64,000 nt of DNA from Chiloscyllium plagiosum (taxonomy: Eukaryota), in contig NC_057718.1 of NCBI RefSeq assembly GCF_004010195.1, forward strand, positions 98,903,794-98,967,793, written 5' to 3'. Positions 1 through 11,860 of the stretch are shown here, in pieces. The stretch's first letter is position 1. Every line of letters begins with the position of its first letter. The notes beneath the pieces are model-generated. The model did no database searches, was not told the DNA's origin, and saw only the letters and a list, made by a program, of their open reading frames with translations. The position numbers and the translations under genes were made by a program.

Positions 1-420
1 TACTTTCTCCTATAGGGAAAGGCTGAATAGGATGGGGCTATTTTCCCTGGAGCATTGGAGGCTGATGGGTGACCAAACAGGCATGGAGAGGGTGAATAGC
101 CAACATGAATTCCCCAGGGTTGGGGGAGTCCAAAACTAAAGGGCATTGGTTTAAGGTGAGAGTGGAAAGAATTAAAAAGGACATGTGGGGTGACTAGAGG
201 GTGGTGGGTGTATCGAATAAGCTGCCAGAGGAAGTGGTGGAGGTTAGTACAATTACAACATTTAAAAGGTGCCTGGATGGGTATATGAATAGGAAGGGTT
301 TAGAGGTCTGTGGGCCAAGTGCTGGCAAATGGGATTAGATTAATTTCAGATATCTGATCAATGTGGGCAAGTTGGTCCAAAGGGTCTGTTTCCATGCTGT
401 ACGTCTCTTATGACTCTATG
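1..420 (+). mobile_element. CR1 LINE 3' fragment
   Basis: ORF2 C-terminal sequence plus ...atgactctatg tail. Confidence 0.85.
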
Positions 421-584
421 ATGTGCTTTGGGATGGTCTGAGGTTGTGAAAGGGACTACAGTGATGGAAATTTCAGAGAATTACAGCATGGAAAGAAATC
501 CTTTCACCCATTATTCCCACATTGGTCATCAATCATTAGGGGAGAAAGGTTTCTTCCTAGTTACTTTGTCTACATCCCTTGTGA

Positions 585-991
585 TGTGGAGATGCTGGTG
601 TTGGACTGGGGTGGACAAAGTTAAAAATCACACAACACCAGGTTATAGTCCAACAGGTTTATTTGGAAGCACTAGCTTTCGGAGCACTGCTCCTTCATCA
701 GGTAGCTGTGGAGCAGCATCATAAGACAAAGAATGTATAGCAAAAGATCACAATATCATGCGTGCAACTGATATGATATATTGAACAAACCTTAATACCT
801 TAAAAACTAAACAACAATTGAGGCTTGTTCAACATATCGTATCAGTTGCATGCATGACGGTGATCTTTTGCGATAAATTCAGTGTTATAATCCTGCTCCA
901 AAGCTACCTGATGAAGGAGCAGCTCTCCGAAAGCTAGTGTTTCCAAATAAACCTATTGGACTATAACCTGGTGTTATGTGATTTTTAACTT
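585..991. mobile_element. Penelope-like element terminus arranged as a long inverted repeat
   Basis: Arms ~619-792 and ~821-991 are reverse complements; each carries a CTGATGA..GAAA motif. Same family as 1600-2522. Confidence 0.75.
666..701 (-). ncRNA. Hammerhead ribozyme motif (second family)
   Basis: CTGATGA-A-GGAGC-AGT-GCTCC-GAAA-GC-TAGT-GC-TTC; related copies at 908-942 (+) and 53235-53272 (+). Confidence 0.55.
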
Positions 992-1470
992 TTATACATC
1001 CCTCATAACTTTGTTTATCTCAATCAAGTCCCCTCTCAGCCTTCTCTCCGCTAAGGAAAACAATTCCGGTCTATCTAGTCTCTCTCCATAGCTGAAATGT
1101 TCCAGCCCAGGCAACAGCCTGATGAATATCTTCAGCAATCTCTCCAGTGCAATCACATCCTTCCTAGGTGGTTTTGCAAAGTATATTGGGTTGGTACAAG
1201 ACATTGGAAAGACCAAAACCATGGTCTTCAGACTTTAATCTTGTCACCAATTCCATCCTTCTCCCCAGCTGCTAAGTTGCATGTACATCCATTGTGAAAC
1301 CATCTACCTCCACCTGATGTTAAACACACTGGCCTATATATCCTTGGTTTATTACTACCACTCTTCTTGAATAATAGTACCACATTAGCTGTCCTCCAGT
1401 CCTCTGGCACCTCTTTTGTAACCAGAGTGAATATGAAAATTAATGTCAGAGCCTCTGCAACTTTCCTTCT
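992..1470 (-). mobile_element. CR1 LINE fragments
   Basis: ORF fragments PEDWRTANVVLLFKK and RRLRGDLIE. Confidence 0.8.
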
Positions 1471-1599
1471 ATGCCTATTACAGCAGCTCCTCAGCCACTC
1501 AGTTGCAAACTTCCTTTCTCCAGCGACTGTAAGCTTCAGCTATTCCAAAACTGTACTCCATACAATTGATCTCGCACCATGACCCATTCATTCATCATT

Positions 1600-2522
1600 C
1601 TGATGTTGAGGAGTCGGTGTTGGACTGGGGTGGACAAAGTTAAAAATTACACATCACCAGGTTATAGTCCAACAGGTTTATATGGAAACACTACTTTTCG
1701 GAACACTGCTCCTTCATCAGTTGGTGGTGGAGTATAAGATCATAAGACACAGGGTTTATAGCAAAAGATTACAGTGTCATGCAACTAAAATGATATATTG
1801 AACACACCTGGATTATTGTTAAGTCTTTCATCTTTTAGAATGGGTTGCAGGTTTTGGTTCAGTAATATGTAAATCCCAGAACTTCTTTTAAGTCACATTC
1901 TCAAGATAACTTTTAGAACAAAAGGTGACATTTCAACTCAGACAATGCATTAAAGATATGAAGTCAGAGTTTGTCTGTATCCTAATCTTGAGTCAGACTG
2001 GTTCTATTTCCAAAGTGGGATTTACAAAATAATACATGTATTGACTGTCTGCATTGACTTCCTGCAGATTGTGCATTTTTGAGCAAAATAGAATATAGCT
2101 GCAAATATAATTATGCAAATACAAATTCAACCCATAGACCTATATGTATGTGTGCGTGCGTGAGAGAGAGAAAGAGAGTGTGTGCTTGTGAGTGTTTGCG
2201 TGTGAGTGTGAGTGCATGTGAGAGTGTGTGTGTTTGCGTATGCGAAAACTTGGTAAAGTGTGCGCGTGAGTGTGATGGAGTACAAGCCTGTGAGAGGGTT
2301 TGTGTGAGGTCTATACGTGTGCGTATGAGAGACAGCGTGTCTATAAGAGAGGGTCTGCGTGAGTACGTAAGAGTGTGTGTGTTTGTGTGTAGTGCAGTGC
2401 GGTCACCTGTAGTGTGCCATGAACCCAAGGTTCTGGTTGAAGCCATCCTCATGGACACTGAACTTGGCTATCAGCCTCTGCTCGGCCACTTTGCATCATT
2501 GCCTATCCAAAGTCCGCCTTAA
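1600..2522 (-). mobile_element. Penelope-like retroelement 3' end (GIY-YIG C-terminus, (CA)/(CT) microsatellite, terminal repeat)
   Basis: Minus strand 2403-2500 reads KVAEQRLIAKFSVHEDGFNQNLGFMAHYR*, a PLE endonuclease C-terminus (E..LI..F....G.N). Confidence 0.75.
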
Positions 2523-3680
2523 AAATCTGTCCAGAGTTTTATTCTTCCATGTGTCTGATCTTCCTTGAGACTGAACCACATCCCTGCTATTCTCTATTCT
2601 CCTGAGTCTAGCTTTTGCTACATCTTCCTCTCTTTATCCCCATCGAAGATCGTCATATCTTCGGTCATTTAAGCTCCAGGGTTTAGAAATTATTTCGATA
2701 TGCCTCTGCCCTCCATCAAATTCTTCATTAAATCTCAGCTCTTTGTTCAAAATTCCAGCCACACACCCTAAGCTCCTTTATTCCCAGTGTTGATTTTTGT
2801 GTCTGATTTCCACATAAGTGCATGTTTATCTACAGTAATTGTTTCTTTCTCAAACTACTTGTGTAAATAGGATATTTGACACAGAAGAAGGCCATTCAGT
2901 CCAATAAGTTTACACTGGCAGTGATGCTCCACATGGGCCTCCACCTACTTATATGTATGGTTGTACCACAGTTGGGGAAGAGTGTCCAGTTTTGGTTTCA
3001 GAAAGATGGAAAGCAGAGGACGATACCAGACTGCTAATTCCTTTAGTAGCTCTGTGTTAGGAGAGTTGGCAGCGAGCAAGAGTGTTCAAATTTACTCAAG
3101 TCCTCCCCATATATCAAGTGACCTCAACCTGCTATAGACTTTGTCCATTACTTTGCAAGATTTCAAGGCCATATCAGTCAGTCTCTCAAAAGTGGTAGGA
3201 ATTGGTCATGTCACACAACATAAGAAATGCTTCACCATTTTTCCTCCTCCAAATCAGAAATGAGTCTGCCGTGGAAATCGAGCAGAAAATGGAAAAGAAC
3301 GTACAAAAATGAGCTCTTTCCATCAGAGGTGGTGACAGATGTGGAAATCCTTCGTCAGTAATCAGGTCATGCAAAATCAAGCATAAACAGTTGTTGCAAA
3401 CAGCCTCGTACTGACACACATTTTACTGAGGATTTAATTTTCTTTTGCTTGTAAGATGCAGGTGAAATGCATCTTTTCTAAAAATGTCAGAGCTGCAACT
3501 TGCATTTCAATTAAAATTAATAGTTCACAGTGTGCTCACACTGAGTGAGAGGATAAAATTTTTAACAAGTAATACACAATGCAATACAATGTATTCTAAT
3601 CTAGATGATTACTGTGAGGGGCCTGGTTGGTTAACTAGACTGTTTGTACAGGGAGTTCCTGATTTATAAATATCCAACTT

Positions 3681-3995
3681 GGGGTGGCACGGTGGCTCAG
3701 AGGTTAGCACTGCTGCCTCCCAGCGCCAGGGTCCCAGGTTTGATTACAGCCTTGGGCGACTGTCTGTGTGGAGTTTGCACATTCTCCCCGTGTCTGAGTG
3801 GGTTTTCTCCGGGTGCTCCAGATTCCTCCCACAGTCACAAAGATGTGTAGGTGAATCGGCCAGGCTAAATTGCCCATAGTGTTAGGTGCATTAGTCAGAG
3901 GGAAATGGGAATGGGTGGGTCGCTCTTCAGAGGGTCGGTGTGGACTGGTTGGGCTGAAGGGTCTATTTCCACACTGTAGGGAATCTAATCTAATT
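3681..3995 (+). mobile_element. HE1-type tRNA-derived V-SINE
   Basis: tRNA-like head, central tgtgtggagtttgcacattctccccgtgtctg domain, (CTAAT)n tail. Confidence 0.85.
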
Positions 3996-4659
3996 TTACA
4001 GAAGCTCGTACAGATGAACGCGATTTTATACAGCAGTGTATTTTTGAAGGTCTGATACAAAGCGTTCCTGTCCTGGATTGTGTTCTGACTTTCGTACAAA
4101 GTGACTTATGAACGAAGTCCAGAATGGAACCTATTCGAAATCTGGAAACTGCCTGTGTATGGTTCAAAATAACATTAACAGTATGGGGGTGTGATTCCTG
4201 TCCTGGCTGAAGTAGCCTTTGGGTTTACCTCCTCAAACTTCAACATAGTAAAATCATAGCCTAAGCCATGATTCAGCTATCCTCAAAAAATAAATAAAAA
4301 CCTTTGAAAATATCACCTCCTGTGGCATTATCAAAATGATTATTGAAGGTAATATTACTTTCCGATGCACTAATTATGTCTGATTCCCATATTTCTTTCT
4401 CTTCCTCAATGGCTTCTCATTGCAATGTCTTTATCAAACTATTTAACTTTTTTGCAATTGCACCTGTTCCACACATTTTAAACACCTTTTCTCACCTCTG
4501 ATCTCAGGCATGTCACAGTTGGTAACACACTTCTTTCCAGTTCACAAAGTTCCTGGTATAAAACTGATCCTGTGACTGCGAGACTGAACTGAGTGTGGTG
4601 TGCACAGTGGAGGAACTGAGTGACCTGGGACTTATAATTCCCAAAGCTCACCATCATTT

Positions 4660-4980
4660 AGAGTCATCCAGTCATAAAGTTGCACAGCATGGAAACAGAC
4701 CCTTTAGTGCAACTTGTTGATATCCTAAATAAATCTAATCCCATTTGCCAGCATTTGGCCAAATCCCTCTAAACCCATCTATTCATATACCCAACCAGAT
4801 GCCTTTTAAGTGCTGTAATTGTACCAGCCTCCACCACTTCCTCTGGCAGCTCATTCCACTCACACACCAGTCTCTGCGTGAAAAAGATGCCCTTTAGGTC
4901 CCTTTTAAACCTTTCTCCTCTCACCTTAAACCTATGCCCTCTAGTTTTGGACTCCTCCACCGCGGGAAATAAACTTTGTC
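4660..4980 (-). mobile_element. CR1 3' fragment
   Basis: ORF 4769-4960 contains WNELPEEVVEA. Confidence 0.85.
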
Positions 4981-5061
4981 ATAGTATCAAAGAGTCTATA
5001 CAGATTCAAAATCATGGGCGACATGGATAGGGTGAAAAGACAAGATCAATTCAAAATATTC

Positions 5062-5152
5062 TCGTGCAGTACTGAGGGGTGTGCTGCGTTGTCGGAGGTG
5101 CCAGTTTCCGGCTCAGACATTAAACCAATGACATGTCTTCCCCCTAAGATGG
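5062..5152 (+). mobile_element. Deu-domain SINE fragment (SacSINE1/AmnSINE1-like)
   Basis: gtgcagtactgagg..gtgctgc..tgtcggaggtgcc...cattaaacc matches the Deu core as I recall it; weaker relics near 44060-44310, 55190-55430 and 63400-63570. Confidence 0.6.
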
Positions 5153-5374
5153 CACTAGTGTACTCACTTTGACAAACATCAGCAAGGCGGTACATTTCTC
5201 CTTTACTTCTCCTTTACTCATTAATTTTTACCTTGTACTCCTCCTATTGCATCCTTATCTTTAACAAAGACTATATAAATAATAATGGTTAATTTTGGAA
5301 GTTTTGCAAAAGCTGAAGTACAATTTGCACCATGTGCAGATACTTATATCTGAAAACACTGTTTAAATTTGAAC

Positions 5375-5950
5375 AAGATAACTGTGAAGTACTGCATTTT
5401 GGGAAAGCAAATCTTAGCAGGACTTATACACTTAATGGTAAGGTCCTAGGGAGTGTTGCTGAACAAAGAGACCTTGGAATGCAGGTCCATAGCTCCTTGA
5501 AAGTGGAGCCCAGAACTAGAGGGTTTAGGGTGAGAGGGGAAAGATATAAAAGAGACCTAAGGGGCAACGTTTTCACGCAGAGGGTGGTACGAGTATGCAA
5601 TGAGCTGCCAGAGGAAGTGGTGGAGGCTAGCACAATTGCAACATTTAAACAGCATCTGGATGGGTATATGAATAGGAAGAGTTTGGAGGGATATTGGGAA
5701 GGTTCTGACAGATGGGACTAGATTAGGTTGGGATATCTGGTCAGCATGGAGTTGGACTGAAGGGTCTGTTTCCGTGCTGTACATAGGCAGAAGTGGATAC
5801 TGCAGATGCTGGAGATTAGAGTCAAGATTAGAGTGGTACTGGAAAAGCTCAGTAGGTCAGGCAGCATCCGAGGAGCAGGAAAATCGACGTTTCGGGCAAA
5901 AGCCCTTCATCAGGAATCTGTGCGGTACATCTCTATGACTCTATGACTCT
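5375..5950 (+). mobile_element. Internally deleted CR1 3' fragment with a Penelope-type piece (5785-5916) in its tail
   Basis: ORF 5332-5721; tail ctctatgactctatgactct. Confidence 0.8.
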
Positions 5951-7874
5951 AAGAGGCAAACTTTGCATGTAGAAATAATAGCACAGTGATGGTGTCACTG
6001 AGCTAGTGCCACAACTGGCACTAAATATATAGTCCTAGAGATCTACAACACCAAAAAGGCTCTTCGGCCCATTGTGTTAATGCCTATCAAAAGCAACCAC
6101 CTAACTATTCTAATCCCATTTTCCAGCATTTGGCCCATAGCTTTGCATGCCTTGATGTCATGTATGATTAAAGATTTGAGTAAGTAAAGCTGTCATCTTT
6201 TCCTTGCTTCAAAAATCAAAGAAGATAATACTTTGATAAGTGTATGAGTTTCAGACTTTCCATCTTATTTAAACCATGTATCAGACATTAAGACATAAGT
6301 TTTCAATAGCCATTGTTGGCAGCCAAGTTATTGTTAGAAGAAAGTTGTAAAATTACCTTGTGTAAATGTTCTCATAACTGAGAGTAGTTCAAAAAATTAT
6401 CTTAAACAGCCTTCTTTCTCCAGTTGTCTGAATTCCTCAGAGATCTATCATGTTACATGTTAGTTTTTGCGCTGAAACACTCTGTGTTAACAGTAAATGC
6501 ACCATTATTTTAAAACTGTTAGAACTGAAGAATTGTTTTCTAACCCATATGTTCTGTGACCCATGAGATTTCTCAGGTTTATCTCATTCCAGGCCTTCTT
6601 ATGAACAATTGCAGACTCATTCACCATTTCTTTCTGCTTTCAAATTTTCTCACAGTGATTCAATGCTTCTTTTATTACAGCTGCCAAATGATGCAATTAT
6701 TAGCTGACGTTTAAGGATACTTGTTCATTTTGCAAATGCTAAATGTTATCGTTTAAGTCCTCCTTTTACTGCAGCAATAGACCCGCTGAAAGTGATTTTC
6801 ATGTGACTACTTCCAGTGAATTGGAGACACAAGAAATGAACCTGATGGAAGTATTCAGGAGCCTACACTATTGGCCCGGATTTAAATAGAGTCAGCAAGG
6901 GGAGATCCAAGATGGCGGCGGTCTGAAAAGTCTGCTGTGTTTGGCTCTGTGCTATACCCCAGGCAAGGTGGATTTCTACCCACTTCCCCCATTAGCTATC
7001 CCAGAGAAATATTGTTTACACAAAGCAGTTGGAATACCTAGAACCTTTTAAATTAGGATCTGGAAGCTCCAGAGTCGAAATGAAGACAAGGGTAAAGGAG
7101 CGAAGGGATCGTAGCAGGCAGGGCACTCCCCTGTGCCGGGCACACCTGCGGCTGCTGCTTCAACTCCCATGGCAGCGCCTTTGAGCTCGGTGGAGCAGCA
7201 ACATCCACTCTCGGAGTTTGCAAAACTCCGAAAAAAGTCGAAACAGCACTGGAGCCAATTTCTGCCATTCTGAAAAGGCATGAGCAGGAGATTCGGATAT
7301 TGGACCGACGTGTGGAAGCGGTCGAACAAAGGACCGCAGCCTCGGAGACCATGACAGAGATGGCTGAGGAGTGGATCCAAACTCGGGAAGGCCAAGTTCA
7401 GGTCCTGCTGGACCAGGTTGATGACCTTGAGAATCTTGGAGCTGGAGATCAAGTCAGGCCAGGTGAGTGTGGAGCGGGCCCATCGAATTGCAATGCGCAG
7501 ATCCGGGTTGGAACAGCACCCCTGCCCAGTCCTAGTGTGACTCCAGTACTATAAAGAAAAGCAGTTGATAATAGAAGCTTCAGAAGACTGGGAAGAGATC
7601 CACAGGCCCTGGTATATAAAGTTTCGAGAATGGTATCTTTCAAGTCTTTTCTGGACCATAATTAAGAAGAGGAAATCTTTTGATGATGTAAAGAAAAAAA
7701 GAGACTTGAATATTCAATATTCTCTGAGGTACCTGGCAGTATTGCGTTTTAATCATGGTGGATCTGTTTATAGTTTCAACTCAGCAGAAAAGGCAAAAGA
7801 ATTTATGGAGCATTCTGAAATAAATGAATTGGGCTGAGTGGGGAAGAGAAAAAGATATTTGCAGACAATAAGCC

Positions 7875-10800
7875 ACAGAGTCATAGAAATGTACAGTATG
7901 GAAACAGACCTTTCGGTCCACCCGTCCATGCCTACCAAATATCCCAACTTAATCTAGTCCTATTGCCAGTAATTGGCCCATATCCCTCCAAACTCTTCTT
8001 ATTCATATACCCATCCAGATGGCTTTTGAATGTTGCAATTGTACCAGCCTCCACCACTTCCTCTGGCAGCTCATTCCATACACGTACCACCCTCTGTGTG
8101 AAAAGGTTGCCCCTTAGGTCCCTTTTATATCTTACCCCTCTCACTCTAAACCTATGGTCTCTAGTTCTGGACTCCCCCACCCCAGGGAAAAGACTTTGTC
8201 TATTTATCCTATTCATGCCCCTCATAATTTTATAAACCTCTATGAGGTCACCCCTCAGCCTCCGATGCTCCAGGAAAAACAGCCCCAGCATGTTCAGCCT
8301 CTCCCTATAGCTCAAATCCTCCAACCCAGGCAACATCCTTGTAAATCTTTTCTGAACCCTTTCAAATTTCACAACATCTTTCGAATAGGAATGAGACCAG
8401 AATTGCACGCAATATTCCAACAGTGGCCTAACCGATGTCCTGTACAGCCGCAACATGACCTCCCAACACCTGTACTCAATACTCTGACCAATAAAGGTAA
8501 GCATACCAAACACCTTCTTCACTATCCTATCTACCTGTGACTCCACTTTCAAGGAGCTATGAACCTGCACTCCAAGGTCTCTTTGCTCAGCAACACTCCC
8601 TAGAACCTTACCATTAAGTGTATAAGTCTTGCTAAGATTTGCTTTCCCAAAATGCAGCACCTCACATTTATCTGAATTAAACTCCATCTGCCACTTCTCA
8701 GCCCATTGGCCCAGCTAGTCAAGATCCTGTTGTAACCTGAGGTAACTCTCTTCACTGTCCACTACACCTCCAATTTTGGTGTCATCTGCAAACTTACTAA
8801 CTATACCTCTTATGCCCGCATCCAAATCATTTATGTAAATAGCAAAAAGTAGACAACCCAGCACCGATCCTTGTAGCACTCCATTGGTCACACACCTCCA
8901 GTCTGAAAAACAACCCTTCACCACCACCTTCTGTCTTCTACCTTTGAGCCAGTTCTGTATCCAAGTGGCTAGTTCTCTCTGCATTCCGTGAGATCTAGCC
9001 TTGCTAACCAGTCTCCCATGGGGAACCTTGTCGAACACCTTACTGAAGTCCATACAGATCACATCTACCGCTCTGCCCTCATCAATCCTCATTGTTACTT
9101 CCTCAAAAAACTCAATCAAGTTTGTGAGACATGATTTCCCACACACAAAGTCATGTTGGCTATCCCTAATCAGTCCTTGCCTTTCCAAATACATGTACAT
9201 CCTGTCCCTCAGGATTCCCTCCAACAACTTGCCCACCACTGACGTCATGCGCACTGGCTTGTCCTTACCACCTTTCTTAAACAGTGGCACCACGTTAACC
9301 AACCTCCAGTCTTCCAGCACCTCACATGTGACTATCGATGATACAAATATCTCAGCAAGAGGCCCAGCAATCACTTCTCTAGCTTCCCACAGAGTTTGAG
9401 GGTACACCTGATCAGGTCCTGGAATTTATCCACCTTTACCCATTTCAAGACATCCAGCACTTCCTCCTCTGTAATTTGGACATTTTGCAAGATGTCACCA
9501 TCTATTTCCCTACAGTCTATACCTTCTATATCCCTTTACACAGTAAATACTGATGCAAAATGCTCATTTAGTATCTCCCCCATTTTCTGCAGCTCCACAC
9601 AAAGGCCACCTTGCTGATCTTTGAGGGGCCCTATTCTCTCCCTAGTTACCCTTTGTCCTTAATGTATTTGTAAAAACTCTTTGGATTCTCCTTAATTCTA
9701 TTTGCCAAAGTTATATCATGTCCCCTTTTTGCCATCCTGATTTCCCTCTTAAGTATACTCCTACTTCCTTTATACTCTTCTAAGGATTCACTCAATGTAT
9801 CCCATCTATACCTTACATATGGTTTCTTAACCAAACCCTCAATTTCTTTAGTCATCCAGCATTCCCTATACCTACCAGACTTTTCTTTCACCCTAACAGG
9901 AATATACTTTCTCTGGATTCTCATTATCTCATTTCTGAAGGCTTCCCATTTTCCAGCCATCCCTTTACCTGCGAACATCTGCCCCCAATCAGCTTTTGAA
10001 AGTTCTTGCCTAATACCCTCAAAATTGGCCTTTTTCCAATTTAGAACTTCAACTTTTAGATCTGGTCTATCCTTTTCCATCATTATTTTAAATCTAATAG
10101 AATTATGGTTGCTGGCCCCAAAGTGCNNNNNNNNNNNNNNNNNNNNNNNNNNNNNNNNNNNNNNNNNNNNNTCACATTTCTCAGTTCCACCCAAATAACT
10201 TCCCTGGATGTATTTCTGGGAATACCCTCCCTCAGCACAGCTGTAATGCTATCCCTTATCAAAAATGTCACTCTCCCTCCTCTCTTGCCTCCCTTTCTAT
10301 CCTTCCTGTAGCATTTGTATCCTGTAACATTAAGCTGCCAGTCCTGCCCATCCCTGAGCCATGTTTCCATAATGCTATGGTATCCCAGTCCCATGTTCCT
10401 AACCATGCCCTGAGTTCATCTGCCTTCCCTGTTTGGCCCCTTGCATTGAAATAAATGGAGTTTAATTTATTAGTCCTACCTTGTCCCTGCCTGCCCTGAC
10501 TGTTTCACTCGCTTCTGTTCTCAACTGTACCAGTCTTAGATTGATCTCTTTCCTCACTATCTCCCTGGGTCCCACACCCCACCTTAGTTTAAATCCCCCT
10601 AAGCAGCTCGAGCAAATTTTGCTGCCAGTATATTAGTCCCCTTCCAATTTAGATGCAATCCGTCCTTCTTGTACAGGTCACTTCTACCCCAAAAGAGATT
10701 CCAATGATCCAAAAATGTGAATCCTTCTCCCATACACCAGCTATGCATTCATCTGCTCTATCCTCCTATTCCTGCCCTCATTAACTCTTAGCACCAGGGG

Positions 10801-11860
10801 TAATCCAGATATTACTACTCTCAAGGACCTCCTTTTTAAATTTCTGCCTAACTCGCTGTAATCTCCCTTCAGAATCTCAATCTTTTCCCTTCCTGTGTCG
10901 TTGGTTCCAATGTGGACAATGACCTCTTGCTGGGCCCTCTCCCCCGTGAGAACATTCTGCACCCTCTCTGAGACATCCTTGATCCTGGCACCAGGGAAGC
11001 AACACACCATTCTGCTTTATCGCTGCTGGCCACTGAAACTTCTGCCTGTATGTCGGACTAGAGAATCCCTTAACACAATTGATCTCTTGAAACCCGACGT
11101 ACCCCCTCGTTGCATTAGAGCCAGTCTCAATAACAGAAACTTGGCTGTTCGTGCTACATTCCCCTGAGAATCCATCACCCCCTACATTTTCCAATACAGC
11201 ATACCTGTTTGAAATGGGTATATCCACAAAAGACTCCTGCACTAGCTGCCTACCTTTCCTGGGGTTAACCCATCTATGTGACTGTATCTGAGACTTTTCC
11301 CCCTTCCTATAACTGCCATCCATCACATACTGTTGCTGTTGCAAATCCCTCATTGCTTCTAACTGTCTCTCCAACCGATCCACTCGATCTGATAAGATTC
11401 GCAGCTAACAGCATTTATGGCCGATATAATCCGCAGTAACCCTTAAACTCTCTTTAAACTCCCACATCTGACAAGAAGTACATATCACTGTACTAAAGAC
11501 CATTTTTGCTCCTTCACAATCTACAGACCCAGAAAATAACACCGTCTTATTCCTCTACAAAACACTGCCCCAGGTTAAATTAATAATTTTGGCTTATATT
11601 TTAAACTTAATCAAGAGACATATCTCCAAAAACATATACTCAAGAAAGAACCCACTCTACTCACTACAGCAGATTCTCTGTAGGCCATACTTAAAAACGA
11701 TTAACTTATCTGATTCTGTGCTGTGAACTTCGCCCAACAGTTCCTCCAAGATCAGTTGTGAATTTCACTGTTTGTTAATTTTCCCAGATGCACTCTGATG
11801 TCTAGCAATACATGAATTCAAACAGCAAAGGCAGTAACTGTGCAGGTTCTCTCTCTCTCT
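7875..11860 (-). mobile_element. Near-full-length CR1 LINE (ORF1 with esterase-like domain, ORF2 EN-RT), frameshifted
   Basis: ORF1 CCFPGARIKDV...VHIGTND; EN segment ETWL...RKDR; RT QGSVLG and FADDTK; CR1 3' UTR and tail near 7875. Confidence 0.92.
10127..10171. other. Assembly gap (another at 54545-54560)
   Basis: Runs of N. Confidence 0.99.

Noticed and set aside
2079..2522. 147-aa and 115-aa ORFs as host genes
   Set aside because: Translations of (GT)/(GA) microsatellite inside a Penelope element.
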